Origin: Alphaproteobacteria bacterium | GTDB lineage: Bacteria > Pseudomonadota > Alphaproteobacteria > SP197 | Direction: 5' to 3' | Assembly (NCBI GenBank): GCA_965228895.1 | Contig: OZ245842.1 | Span: 256,001-320,000, forward strand | Length of the DNA stretch: 64,000 nucleotides | Shown: in pieces, positions 1 to 9,815 of the stretch | Layout of the letters: each line of letters starts with the position of its first letter | Numbering within the stretch: position 1 is the stretch's first letter | The notes under the pieces: model-generated | What the model was told of the DNA's origin: nothing | The model's database searches: none | What the model saw: the letters and a program-made list of their open reading frames with translations, nothing else | Position numbers and translations under genes: made by a program

Positions 1-114
1 CCAGGGACCGAAACCCCAGTCGTCGGCAATCCGGTCAGCGGCCATGAAGCCGATGTTGTGGCGATCACGCGCGTGGTCCGGCCCCGGGTTGCCGAGGCCT
101 ACAAGCAGCAACAT
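1..114 (-). CDS. pth: Peptidyl-tRNA hydrolase, 5' part (runs off the window edge)
   Basis: Manual translation gives [27 protein letters not shown], with the Pth GLGNPG and RHNxGF motifs; downstream of rplY. Confidence 0.95.
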   Translation of the reverse strand, partial: MLLLVGLGNPGPDHARDRHNIGFMAADRIADDWGFGPW

Positions 115-128
115 GGCTCACCTGGACA

Positions 129-265
129 AGATCGGATCGCACCGTGATTCAACCACACAGTGGTTGAATCACGGTGCGTGAATCCGATCGACATTAGATA
201 GAAAGAGCAGATTCACCCATGTCGATGGCATCGCACAGCGATTCAATCGACATGGGATCTGCTCT
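129..265. repeat. Double-hairpin intergenic repeat (CIR/RIME-like), copy 1
   Basis: Two long inverted repeats with GTGAATCCG and AGAGCAGATTCA...GATCTGCTCT arms shared with the copies at 12650, 15174, 17443 and 20886. Confidence 0.85.
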
Positions 266-275
266 GACGGTGGCG

Positions 276-977
276 TCAGGACTCCTCGGCGTCGCCGCCA
301 GCATCCCCGCTGTCGCCTTCGCCTTCGCCCTCGCCCTCGACTGCACCTTCCTCACCTTCCGGAATCTCGCCTTCTTCGCCTTCCTCGCCGGCTTCCTCTT
401 CCTCGGTGATCACCGTCGGCGCGGCGATCGTGGCGATGGTGAAGTCGCGGTCATCGATGGTCGGTATGACGTTATCGGCAAGCTTGACCATGCTGATGTG
501 GACGCTGTCGCCGATATCGAGGCCGGTCAGATCGATCTCGATCGATTCGGGAATGGCGTTGGCCGGACAGTTGACCTCAACCTCGTGGCGCACGACGTTC
601 AGCACGCCGCCGCGAACCAGGCCGGGGCTCTCTTCTTCATTCAAGAACACCACGGGCAAGTTCACTGTTACCGTGGCGTCGGCTTTCACCGCCAGGAAAT
701 CGACATGCAGGATGGCGTCCGTCACCGGATGCACCTGCAGTTCGCGGGGCAACACGTTGATCGTCTTGCCATCGACGGCCAGCTCATAGAGAGAGTTGTA
801 GAAACCGGGCCTACCGACTTCACGGTTCATCAGGTCGCGGTCAAGCTGGATCATGACGTTGTCCTGACCGCTGCCATAGACGACGCCGGGGATCTTGCCG
901 GCACGGCGCGCGGCGCGCGATGCCCCTTTGCCCGGGGTGGTGCGCAGCTCGGCTTCTAGTGTGGCTTGTTCAGCCAT
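276..977 (-). CDS. rplY: 50S ribosomal protein bL25 / general stress protein Ctc
   Basis: GKGASRAARRAGKIPGVVYG and QVHPVTDAILHVDF motifs, acidic tail, prs-rplY-pth order. Confidence 0.97.
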   Translation of the reverse strand: MAEQATLEAELRTTPGKGASRAARRAGKIPGVVYGSGQDNVMIQLDRDLMNREVGRPGFYNSLYELAVDGKTINVLPRELQVHPVTDAILHVDFLAVKADATVTVNLPVVFLNEEESPGLVRGGVLNVVRHEVEVNCPANAIPESIEIDLTGLDIGDSVHISMVKLADNVIPTIDDRDFTIATIAAPTVITEEEEAGEEGEEGEIPEGEEGAVEGEGEGEGDSGDAGGDAEES

Positions 978-1008
978 GGATCATCTCCTCCAAAAACCTT
1001 GGTCGCCG

Positions 1009-1941
1009 TCAGTCGAAAAGGCTCGATACCGAGCTTTCGTCACTGATGCGGCGAATGGCCTCGGCCATCAACGTGGCAACGGAGACCACACGTATCTTAT
1101 CGGCGACCCGGACCGCCTCGGTCGGCAGGATCGAGTCGGTAATGGTCAGGCTGTCCAGTACCGAGGCTTCGATCCGACCGACGGCACCGCCCGACAGCAC
1201 ACCGTGAACGATATGGGCACTGACGCTGGTCGCGCCCGCATCCTTCAGGGCCTGGGCGGCGTTACACAAGGTGCCGCCGGAATCGACGATATCGTCGACC
1301 AAAATACAGCGCCGACCCTCGACATCGCCAATAATGTGCATGACTTCCGAGACGCCGGCGCGTTCGCGGCGCTTATCGACGATTGCCAGGTCCCCGTCAA
1401 GCCGCTTGGCGATCTCGCGGGCCCGGAAAACACCGCCCACATCCGGCGACACGATCATCAGATCACCGCCGTTGAAGTGTTCCATGATGTCCTTCTCGAA
1501 ATCCGGCGCGGCATAGAGATTATCCAGCGGAATATCGAAAAAACCCTGAATCTGGCCCGCATGCAGGTCCATGGTCAGGACCCGGTTGGCACCGGACATG
1601 GTGATCAGGTTGGCCACCAATTTGGCGGAAATCGGCGTTCTCGACCCGACCTTGCGGTCCTGGCGGGCATAGCCGAAATAGGGAATGACGGCGGTGATCC
1701 GGCGTGCCGAGGCGCGGCGTAGCGCATCGATGCAGATCAACAGCTCCATCAGGTGGTCGTTAGCCGGATAGGATGTAGACTGAACGACAAATACATCCTG
1801 GCCGCGAACATTCTCCTGGATCTCGACAAAGATCTCCATGTCGCTGAAGCGGCGGACGCTGGCGTTGGTCAGTTCGACACCCAACGAAGCGGCCATCGCT
1901 TCGGCCAGTGGCCGATTGCTGTTGCAAGCGACAAGTTTCAT
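1009..1941 (-). CDS. prs: Ribose-phosphate pyrophosphokinase
   Basis: [23 protein letters not shown] and [10 protein letters not shown] motifs. Confidence 0.98.
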   Translation of the reverse strand: MKLVACNSNRPLAEAMAASLGVELTNASVRRFSDMEIFVEIQENVRGQDVFVVQSTSYPANDHLMELLICIDALRRASARRITAVIPYFGYARQDRKVGSRTPISAKLVANLITMSGANRVLTMDLHAGQIQGFFDIPLDNLYAAPDFEKDIMEHFNGGDLMIVSPDVGGVFRAREIAKRLDGDLAIVDKRRERAGVSEVMHIIGDVEGRRCILVDDIVDSGGTLCNAAQALKDAGATSVSAHIVHGVLSGGAVGRIEASVLDSLTITDSILPTEAVRVADKIRVVSVATLMAEAIRRISDESSVSSLFD

Positions 1942-2034
1942 TTGTGCGGAATTCGTTGGTCAGCCCGGGGCGCGCGACTCTTAGCAAAGGGGCCCCAGCC
2001 TGTAAACGCCGTAACGCGGGTTCATGGGGATGGC

Positions 2035-3231
2035 TTATCCCGTCTGCTGCGCTTGTTTGCGCCGCAGATAGCTCGCCACGGTGACCGGCAGGAAGATCAG
2101 CGTCATAACGACCAGGACGTAGGGGAAAGCTTCCAGGCCGCCGAGCGCCATGGCGGTGCCGGTTGCCGGCGGCCCAACAAAGGCGCCGACGTTCCACATC
2201 ACCGTGAACATGGTCGAGGCGCCAGCCAGGGAGGCGCCGCGGAACTGCTCGCCGATCAAGGTCAGGGCCAGGCTGTAGATCGCGCCGGACAAACCGCCCA
2301 GGAAGAAGATATAGGGGCCGGCCCAGAATGGGTCAGCCAGGGCGCTTGGCATGAAGAGATAGGAAACACACGAAACCCCGACCAGGATGATGCTGAGGAA
2401 GCGCCGGTCGATCCGGTCGGCAACCCAGCCGATAGGATACTGCATGATGATGCCGCCCAAGCTCTGCAGGGTCAGGAACATGATGGCGGTATCGGCGTCC
2501 AGTCCGACGACCGGCCCGTAGATAGGCAAGAACGTCCAGACGGCACCGAAGATCAACGCGAAGCATAGATTCAGCAGCATCGGCAGCGGGGCGTGAAACA
2601 ACGACCGGACGACCGAGTGCCAGGCATGGGCATGCGCGCCCCCGTGCTCCTGTTCGCTCGGCGGCACGCTGTCGAGCGCCATGGCGATCGGAATTGTCGA
2701 CACCAGGGTCAGCCCGGCGGCCAGTACGAAAGGCATCCAGCCGTCAATGCCGACGACGGTCAGCACGGTCGGGCCGATCGCCGAACCCAGGCCCAACGCC
2801 ATGCCGTAAAGCGCCATGGTCCGCCCGCGGCTTTTTTCCTCGGCGATCTGGTTGATCCAGGTCTCGCCGGCGATCCACATGATGTGGCCGAACGCGCCTA
2901 TGAAAAGCCGCAGCACGAACCAGATGTCCTCATCGGGCAGCAGCGGGCACAGCAACAGGGCGACGATGCTGGCCAGGATCGAAACGATCATCACCCAGGC
3001 GGCGCTGAAACGGGCGAGCAGCCAGGGCATCAGCGGTGCGACGGCGACAATCGCGATGGCCTGGGCGGCGGCGTTCCAGCCGATCGCCGATTCGCTGGCG
3101 CCCATCTGTTCAAGGCGCAGGGCGAACAATGGCCATGCCAGGCCGTAGATCAGGGCCGTCACGGTCATGCAGGCGATGACCGCAACCATGCCGCGCCGCC
3201 GCTGAGGCGATGTCAGGACCGCGTCGCTCAA
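2035..3231 (-). CDS. MFS transporter (YcaD-like), paralog 2
   Basis: Multi-TM hydrophobic pattern and QYPIGWVADRIDRR motif. Start moved to the TTG at 3231, which overlaps the upstream stop and gives MSDAVLTS matching the paralog's MSDIVLSA. Confidence 0.85.
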   Translation of the reverse strand: MSDAVLTSPQRRRGMVAVIACMTVTALIYGLAWPLFALRLEQMGASESAIGWNAAAQAIAIVAVAPLMPWLLARFSAAWVMIVSILASIVALLLCPLLPDEDIWFVLRLFIGAFGHIMWIAGETWINQIAEEKSRGRTMALYGMALGLGSAIGPTVLTVVGIDGWMPFVLAAGLTLVSTIPIAMALDSVPPSEQEHGGAHAHAWHSVVRSLFHAPLPMLLNLCFALIFGAVWTFLPIYGPVVGLDADTAIMFLTLQSLGGIIMQYPIGWVADRIDRRFLSIILVGVSCVSYLFMPSALADPFWAGPYIFFLGGLSGAIYSLALTLIGEQFRGASLAGASTMFTVMWNVGAFVGPPATGTAMALGGLEAFPYVLVVMTLIFLPVTVASYLRRKQAQQTG

Positions 3232-4388
3232 GGTTCGGGGTGCCGTCGCCCGCGAAGGGCCGTGAAGGCAATGACGACGACATAGGTCGCGACCAGGGTC
3301 CAGGGCAGCGCCGACGATCCCGCGACGTCCATGGCCGCGCCCACGGCAAACGGGCCGGTCACCATGCCGACATTCCACATGACCTGGAATAGCGTGGTCG
3401 CCGAACCCAGATCGATGCCGCGAAAGCGTTCGCCCAGCAGAATCAGGCCCATCGTGTAGAGCCCCATCATGGCGCCGCCCAATACGAACACGTAGGGCCA
3501 GCGCAAAATCGGATCGTGCAAGGCCGTGGGCATCAACATGAACATGACAGCCATGACGACCATGACCAGGATGGCCAACAGGCGCCGGTTCATTTTGTCG
3601 GCCAGCCAGCCGATGGGGTACTGCAGCAATCCGCCCGCACTGAGACAAACCAGCAGCAGGAAGATGTCCTGCAAGGGCAGGCCGACATCAGGGCCATAGA
3701 TCGGCATGAAGCTCGCCAGAGAACCGAAGGTCAGGGCAACCAGAAGGTTGACCACCATCGGCGTCGGCGCCCTTAGAGCCAGGCGCAGCATGGTCTGCGA
3801 CGCCCGCCCGTGGAACGGCGGCGCTACCTTGACCGCGGCGCCAACGGCCAAGGCGCCGGCAACGATCATCACCTCCATGATGATGAAGGGTATCCAGCCC
3901 TCGTGACCGGCCAGATAGAGCACGGCGAAACCCAGCATCGTGCCGGCGGCGCCTGAAATACCATAGAGCGCGAGGATTCTGCCCCGGCTTTCGTCGTTCG
4001 CCACTTCGTTGATCCACGCCTCGCCGGCAATCCACAACAAACCGGTCGCCGCGCCGATCAAAAGCCGCATGACGAGCCAGAACCACGCGTTTTCGTAGAG
4101 TGGGCAGAGCAGCGCGAAGATGAAGGTCAGCGCCAGCATCCATAGCATCAGGACCGCCGGTCCAAAGCGGCGCAGCAGGGCCGGGCCGAACGGCGCGACG
4201 GCGATCAGTGAAATCGCCTGAGCGGCGGTGTTGATGCCGATGACCGTCTCGGAATGGCCCATCTGGTCGAGCCGGGTGGCGAACAGCGGCAGCGACAGGC
4301 TGTAGATGGCCGAGGTCACGCCCATCGCGACGATGGCGGCAAACAGGCTGCGAAAACGCGCCGGGGCTGACAGCACGATATCCGACAT
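3228..4388 (-). CDS. MFS transporter (YcaD-like), paralog 1
   Basis: Hydrophobic helices; WINEVA..SRGRILALY and QYPIGWLADKMNRR motifs. Confidence 0.88.
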   Translation of the reverse strand: MSDIVLSAPARFRSLFAAIVAMGVTSAIYSLSLPLFATRLDQMGHSETVIGINTAAQAISLIAVAPFGPALLRRFGPAVLMLWMLALTFIFALLCPLYENAWFWLVMRLLIGAATGLLWIAGEAWINEVANDESRGRILALYGISGAAGTMLGFAVLYLAGHEGWIPFIIMEVMIVAGALAVGAAVKVAPPFHGRASQTMLRLALRAPTPMVVNLLVALTFGSLASFMPIYGPDVGLPLQDIFLLLVCLSAGGLLQYPIGWLADKMNRRLLAILVMVVMAVMFMLMPTALHDPILRWPYVFVLGGAMMGLYTMGLILLGERFRGIDLGSATTLFQVMWNVGMVTGPFAVGAAMDVAGSSALPWTLVATYVVVIAFTALRGRRHPEP

Positions 4389-4497
4389 CGACGACCCGTC
4401 AGGGAGAGGCTGGAAGGGCTCTTCTAGCAGGCGTGCGGCGCGAACGATACGTCTGACCGCAGGGTGACCGCATGACCCCGGCTGATCTGAACATCCT

Positions 4498-4566
4498 TCA
4501 CATCAGGATACAGCTTGCCATCAGGCCCAGGACCAACAGCATGACAAAGATGATCATGTGGGGCAT
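4498..4566 (-). CDS. Putative 22-aa hydrophobic small protein, MPHMIIFVMLLVLGLMASCILM
   Basis: ATG 1 nt after the M24 peptidase stop; GC3-rich codons; one TM-length hydrophobic stretch. Confidence 0.45.
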   Translation of the reverse strand: MPHMIIFVMLLVLGLMASCILM

Positions 4567-4567
4567 G

Positions 4568-5734
4568 TCAGTTGATGCAGAGGTCCAGGGGCGCTTTGTT
4601 GAGCGGATCGCATCCGGTCTCCGTGACGACAACGGATTCGCCAAGCGCCATCGCCCGGCCGCTGTCGCTGTCCATCAGGATCATGTGCAGGAAAAAGGTC
4701 ATGTGGGGTTCGATGACGACGCTGTTGCCGTGAAAGAACATCGGCCAATCCATCCAGTTGGGCGGAAACGTCGAGCCCATGGAGTAGCCACAGGCATTCA
4801 GCCGGTGTGCCTTGTATCCATGGTCGTCCATGACCCGCGCATGGGCGTCGAAGACATCGCCCATCGGTGCGCCCGGTTTCAAGGTTGCCTCGCAGGCCGC
4901 CAATGCCTCGCGGCAGGCCTCGTGCATGGCGACATGCGCTGGATCAGGTGTGCCGATCAGGATCGTGCACATTTGGGCCGTATGGTAGTGGCGGTAGGCG
5001 GCCGCAAACTCCAGCATAAGCTGGTCGTTGTCGGAGAGGGTGCGCCGTCCGGTGTAGTAACGGCACAGCAGCGCGTTCTCGCCGGAGCCGACGATGGAGT
5101 GGCCCGCTGGATAATCGCCGCCGCCCGAAAAGATAGCACCCTGCATGGCGGCAAGAATGTCGCCTTCTGAGACACCGGCTGCTGCAATCTCGCGTGCCGC
5201 CGCGTGCGCGAGATCGCCAAGCTCGGCCGACTTCTGCATGAACGCAATCTCTGCGGGGCTTTTCACCACACGCAGGCGATTGACCAGATCGGATGCGTCT
5301 TCCAGTCGGCAAAAGCCGTCCAGGGTGGTGCGAAGACGCTCCCAACTGCGGCCCGTCAGACCATAGGACTCCAACTCGATGCCCAGGCGTTTGCCCTGAA
5401 GGCCCATGTTGTCCAGCAGATCCTTCAGTTCGGCGGCCGGATCGGCCCCTTCGCGGTCGACCCAGATACGCACGTCGTCGATGGTCGAAGTATGGCGCGC
5501 CTGGCGCAGATCCGGTGCGCGGGTCAACAGAACAAACTGGCCGTCGGCGGTCAGCACCAGACACTGGAAATAGACGAAGCCCTGCGTGTCGTAGCCGGTC
5601 AGGTAGTACATGCTTTCTTGCCGGAACATCAGCAGGCCGTCGAGGCCTTCGCTCGCCATCCGTTCCAGCGTGCGCTTTTGGCGCGCCTCGTACTCACCAT
5701 GGTCGAAATGCAGGACCATCAGGCCATCCCCCAA
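4568..5734 (-). CDS. M24/Xaa-Pro peptidase (creatinase / ectoine-hydrolase-like fold)
   Basis: Creatinase-type N-domain (MYYLTGYD), LRVVKSPAEI motif, pita-bread C-domain. Confidence 0.85.
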   Translation of the reverse strand: MGDGLMVLHFDHGEYEARQKRTLERMASEGLDGLLMFRQESMYYLTGYDTQGFVYFQCLVLTADGQFVLLTRAPDLRQARHTSTIDDVRIWVDREGADPAAELKDLLDNMGLQGKRLGIELESYGLTGRSWERLRTTLDGFCRLEDASDLVNRLRVVKSPAEIAFMQKSAELGDLAHAAAREIAAAGVSEGDILAAMQGAIFSGGGDYPAGHSIVGSGENALLCRYYTGRRTLSDNDQLMLEFAAAYRHYHTAQMCTILIGTPDPAHVAMHEACREALAACEATLKPGAPMGDVFDAHARVMDDHGYKAHRLNACGYSMGSTFPPNWMDWPMFFHGNSVVIEPHMTFFLHMILMDSDSGRAMALGESVVVTETGCDPLNKAPLDLCIN

Positions 5735-5761
5735 TTTTTGAAGGCCGGTCCCTCGAGCGTA

Positions 5762-6703
5762 CTAGAAAACGTCGAACTGTCCGGCCAGGTAAAGACAGTA
5801 CGCTCCGACGAAGCATAGGCCGGTGGTGCGGCCAATGCGATTGACATAAAGCAGCAGGACAGCCAGCGCGACGGTCATCGCCAGCATGATAATGAGATCA
5901 AGACCGATCATGGTCTCGGCAATGCCGACATTGGTGATCAGCGCGACCACGCCCATGGCGCCCAGCAGATTGAAGATGTTGCTGCCCAGGACATTGCCGA
6001 TGGCGACCAGAGGCTCGCGCCGGCGCGCCGCCGCGGCACAGATCGCGAGCTCCGGCAGTGAGGATCCGATCGCGACAACGGTCAAGCCGATGACTGCCTC
6101 GGGCACACCCAGCTCATGGGCGATGCCGACCGCGCCGACAACCAGGCGGTCGGCGCCGATGATCAGCAGGATCAGGCCGACGATGGCGAAGATGATGGCA
6201 TGGCTTAACGCCATCGTTCCCGGGTCAATTTCCGTCTCGGCGGTCAGGTCGGCGGTATCGGTGCGCCGGGCACGCCGATAGCCGTGGCAGACATAAATGC
6301 CAAGGCACGTGACCATCACCAGCCCGTGCCAAAAGGTGAACTCACCAATCAGGCCAGCGGCGACAAAGGCGGCCGTGACCAACAACACAAGCCACATGTC
6401 ATGGTTGACCTGCGTGCGCTGGACGACAACCGGATAGATGGCGGCGCTAACGCCGACGATCAAAAGAATGTTGGCGATGTTGCTGCCGACCGCGTTGCCA
6501 AGGGCAAGCTGGGGGTGCCCCAGAATGGCCGACTCAACGCTGACCAGGACTTCCGGCGCCGATGTTCCGAACCCGACCAGGACAACGGCCACGATCAGCT
6601 TTGAAACACCAAGTTTCAAAGCCAGGGCGACGCTGCCGCGCACCAGGAGTTCGCCGCCCAAAAACAACAAAATCAGGCCGACGAAGACGAACAAGTATGA
6701 CAT
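5762..6703 (-). CDS. Ca2+/Na+ antiporter (YrbG, CaCA family)
   Basis: Duplicated alpha motifs GTSAPE...GNAVGSNIAN and GSSLPE...GNVLGSNIFN. Confidence 0.93.
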   Translation of the reverse strand: MSYLFVFVGLILLFLGGELLVRGSVALALKLGVSKLIVAVVLVGFGTSAPEVLVSVESAILGHPQLALGNAVGSNIANILLIVGVSAAIYPVVVQRTQVNHDMWLVLLVTAAFVAAGLIGEFTFWHGLVMVTCLGIYVCHGYRRARRTDTADLTAETEIDPGTMALSHAIIFAIVGLILLIIGADRLVVGAVGIAHELGVPEAVIGLTVVAIGSSLPELAICAAAARRREPLVAIGNVLGSNIFNLLGAMGVVALITNVGIAETMIGLDLIIMLAMTVALAVLLLYVNRIGRTTGLCFVGAYCLYLAGQFDVF

Positions 6704-6763
6704 AGAGTTCCAATCGGAAGCCGGGTTACCTATAGCTAGAACGGCAAGGGGCGATTTGAAGAG

Positions 6764-7972
6764 ATGGCGATACCTACGTTGCGTGAATTTCTGAAGCTAG
6801 AAAGTGCCGCAGGCATGGTTCTGATGGCTGCGGCGGTACTCGCTATTGTGGTCGAAAACGTTGGTCTTTCGCACATTTATGACTTGCTCTTGACGACGCC
6901 GGTCGTTGTGTCGGTCGGTACGCTGGATATCGCCAAACCGCTGCTGCTGTGGGTCAACGACGGCCTTATGGCCGTCTTCTTTTTCCTGGTCGGCCTGGAG
7001 TTGAAACGCGAGGTCATGGAGGGCGATTTGTCCTCGCGCGACCAGATCATTCTGCCGGGGGTCGCGGCGATCGGCGGCATGGCAGCGCCGGCCCTGGTCT
7101 ATACCATCTTTAACATCGACGATCCTGAAGCGATGCGCGGTTGGGCCATCCCTGCGGCAACCGACATTGCGTTCGCCCTTGGTATCCTGGCGCTTCTGGG
7201 CAGTCGCGCGCCGGTGACGCTCAAAATCTTCCTTACCGCCTTGGCGATTCTGGACGATCTTGGTGCCATCATCATCATCGCGATGTTCTATACAGCCGAT
7301 CTCTCCGTGCTGTCGCTGGCCATTTCGGCGCTCGGCTTGATGGGCCTGGTCGTCTTGAACCTGTTGGGCGTGACCCGCCTGGCGCCCTACATGCTGATCG
7401 GCCTCTTCGTTTGGGTTTGTGTGCTTAAATCGGGTGTGCACGCGACGCTGGCCGGTGTCGCGCTGGCCATGGCAATCCCGCTCAAGGCTCAGGACGAGCA
7501 GGGCCGCTCGCCACTGCGCCGGCTGGAACACGGCCTGCATCCCTGGGTCGCCTTCGGCATCCTGCCAATATTCGGTTTTGCCAATGCCGGGCTTTATCTC
7601 GGCGACGTCAGTGTCGAGGCGATGTTGGCGCCGATCCCGCTCGGCGTGGCACTCGGCTTGTTTGTCGGCAAACAGATCGGCGTTTTCGGCGGTGCCTGGC
7701 TCACGATCAAGCTGGGCATCGCGCGGCTGCCCGACGGATGCACCTGGCCCATGATGTACGGCGTCTGCCTGCTGACCGGCGTAGGCTTCACCATGAGTCT
7801 CTTTATCGGCGGTTTGGCGTTCAGCGACGTCGCCCATGTCAACATGGTGAAGCTCGGGGTGCTGCTGGGATCGCTCCTGTCCGGTACAGTTGGGTTCGCG
7901 GTTTTGTACGTTGCGGTTAGACGCCGGCGGCCAGGCGTCTCGCACGCCGGCACCGAGCAAACGATGACCTAG
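6764..7972 (+). CDS. nhaA: Na+/H+ antiporter NhaA
   Basis: WVNDGLMAVFF, GWAIPAATDIAFA, ALAILDDLGA and KSGVHATLAG motifs. Confidence 0.97.
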   Translation: MAIPTLREFLKLESAAGMVLMAAAVLAIVVENVGLSHIYDLLLTTPVVVSVGTLDIAKPLLLWVNDGLMAVFFFLVGLELKREVMEGDLSSRDQIILPGVAAIGGMAAPALVYTIFNIDDPEAMRGWAIPAATDIAFALGILALLGSRAPVTLKIFLTALAILDDLGAIIIIAMFYTADLSVLSLAISALGLMGLVVLNLLGVTRLAPYMLIGLFVWVCVLKSGVHATLAGVALAMAIPLKAQDEQGRSPLRRLEHGLHPWVAFGILPIFGFANAGLYLGDVSVEAMLAPIPLGVALGLFVGKQIGVFGGAWLTIKLGIARLPDGCTWPMMYGVCLLTGVGFTMSLFIGGLAFSDVAHVNMVKLGVLLGSLLSGTVGFAVLYVAVRRRRPGVSHAGTEQTMT

Positions 7973-7977
7973 TCGTG

Positions 7978-8757
7978 TCACGCCGATCCCGTTGGGTCGG
8001 GCGCCACGGTGATCGCGGCGACCTGTCGGCCGTAGTCCGGTTCGGTCCGATGCACGCTGCGGCGGTAGCTGAAGAAGCGGTCGCTGTCGGCGCACGTATC
8101 ATCGCCCGTCCAGCTCTCAGAGCGCAGGCCAAGCAGAGACAGCCGCGCCAGCAAGTAGCCGGGAAGATCGAACATGGCATGACCGTCGCGCCGCGCGTCG
8201 GTGAAGAAACGCGCGTTGGCGGAACCGGCGTTGACGAAGCGATCGCGGAACTCCGGCCCCACTTCATAAGAGGCCGGCGCGATGCATGGGCCAATCACCG
8301 CTGCGATATCCGCGCGCTTGGCGCCGAGCGCTTCCATGGCGTAAACGGTGGCTTCTGCGACGCCGGCAAGCGCGCCTTTCCAGCCGGCATGGGCCGCGCC
8401 GACGACCTTGGCCTGGCGGTCGGCAAACAGAATGGGCGCACAGTCGGCCGTCAGAACACCAAGGGCAATGCCCGGTTCGGCCGTTACCATGGCGTCGGCC
8501 TTCTGACCGGCGACATCATCGGGATCGTGCACCGTGATAACCAGATCGCTATGGATCTGATAGAGCGTGCACAACCGGTCGGCGGCAATGCCCAAGGCGT
8601 CGGTTACCCGGCGCCGGTTCTCGGCGACGGCGTCGTGGTCGTCGTCGGAGCCGAAACCGCAATTACGCGTCGCATAAATGCCGGTACTGACGCCGCCGGT
8701 GCGGTCAAAGAAGCCGTGACGCAGCCCGGCTCCATCCAGTGCGCTTGCCGTAATCAC
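7978..8757 (-). CDS. pgeF: Peptidoglycan editing factor / purine nucleoside phosphorylase PgeF (YfiH)
   Basis: QIHS, ADAMVT, TADCAPIL, HAGWKG and FFSYRR motifs. Confidence 0.95.
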   Translation of the reverse strand: MITASALDGAGLRHGFFDRTGGVSTGIYATRNCGFGSDDDHDAVAENRRRVTDALGIAADRLCTLYQIHSDLVITVHDPDDVAGQKADAMVTAEPGIALGVLTADCAPILFADRQAKVVGAAHAGWKGALAGVAEATVYAMEALGAKRADIAAVIGPCIAPASYEVGPEFRDRFVNAGSANARFFTDARRDGHAMFDLPGYLLARLSLLGLRSESWTGDDTCADSDRFFSYRRSVHRTEPDYGRQVAAITVAPDPTGSA

Positions 8758-9815
8758 ACCGTACCCCCGAAGCCGGCTGGCGCAATGGCGCGGTCGCCGG
8801 TGATAGCAAGAACCTTGTAAAGGCGTCCCATGGTGTTGTCGCCGGTAAGGCGTTCAAGGCCGGCGGTGATTTGTGACCTCTGGTCGTCGTTGGCTGTCTC
8901 GGCCAAGGTTGCCGCCCTGGTCTCGATGCCCAGGCGTTTGAGGAATGCGCCTTGATCGACCGGACCAAAGCAGTGTGCGCCCGCATTTACGGCAGCCCCG
9001 ATCAAGGCGCTGAAATCGACGGCGGCGGCAAGGTCGGCTTGACCGGGCGCGGCGAACCGCTCGGCACGGCGATGGTCGCGCACGGCCTGCAGCGTGTCGC
9101 CGCTGCCGGCAAAATCGACAATCACCGCCGCGCCGCCGTCCGTGGTCAGCCTGGCGCCAAGCGATGTCATCGTTGCCTGGCGGACCGGTGAAATCTCCGT
9201 GACGCGTCCGGCAGGTTCGAGCGGCGGCAGATCCCTCCTGGTGTCGTCGGCAGCGAGTACGGGGGAAAACAATCCACCATCGCTCGCGATGAGCCGTTCG
9301 CGCCACCCCGACGCGGTCGCGACGAACTGGCGCACCGGCAGCGCGTCGAAGAACTCGTTGGCGATGACAAAGGCCGGGAGGCCGCTGTCGATGTCCTCCA
9401 ACTTGTCGTGCCAGACCACGTCCTGGCCGGCGAGAGCCGCACGCTGCACTTGGCGCAGATGCGGACTGGTCTCGACCAGATGCACGGTAAAGGCGTCGTG
9501 CGCGGCGGGGACAACCGACATGGCGCGCAGCGCATCGGCCATTAAGGTGCCGCGGCCCGGGCCCAATTCGATCAGCAGAGCACGCTCCGGCGCGCCTGCC
9601 TGCTGCCATGCGTCGATACACCAGAGCCCGAGCAGTTCGCCGAACATTTGGCTGGTCTCCGGCGCGGTGACAAAGTCGCCTTGGCGGCCGAAGGGGTCGC
9701 GATGCATGTAGTAACCGAAATCGGCATGGCCGAGCGCTTCGGCCATGAAGGCATCGACACCGATCGGACCGTCACGGGCGATGCGCTGATGCAGTATGGC
9801 CGCCAGATCGCTCAC
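8754..9815 (-). CDS. SAM-dependent methyltransferase, MidA/NDUFAF7 family
   Basis: GDFVTAPETSQMFGE, ELGPGRGTL and ANEFFDALP motifs; start moved to the GTG overlapping the lgt stop. Confidence 0.92.
   Translation of the reverse strand: MSDLAAILHQRIARDGPIGVDAFMAEALGHADFGYYMHRDPFGRQGDFVTAPETSQMFGELLGLWCIDAWQQAGAPERALLIELGPGRGTLMADALRAMSVVPAAHDAFTVHLVETSPHLRQVQRAALAGQDVVWHDKLEDIDSGLPAFVIANEFFDALPVRQFVATASGWRERLIASDGGLFSPVLAADDTRRDLPPLEPAGRVTEISPVRQATMTSLGARLTTDGGAAVIVDFAGSGDTLQAVRDHRRAERFAAPGQADLAAAVDFSALIGAAVNAGAHCFGPVDQGAFLKRLGIETRAATLAETANDDQRSQITAGLERLTGDNTMGRLYKVLAITGDRAIAPAGFGGTV

Noticed and set aside
290-410. Short tandem repeats at the 3' end of rplY
   Set aside because: They encode the common Glu/Gly-rich acidic tail of Ctc-type bL25.
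2035-3648. Long N-terminal extensions in track ORFs (MFS, MidA, CsaA, CaiD-like, Prx, FAD oxidoreductase)
   Set aside because: They overlap upstream genes or intergenic DNA; downstream starts with RBS or translational coupling fit the homologous domain boundaries.
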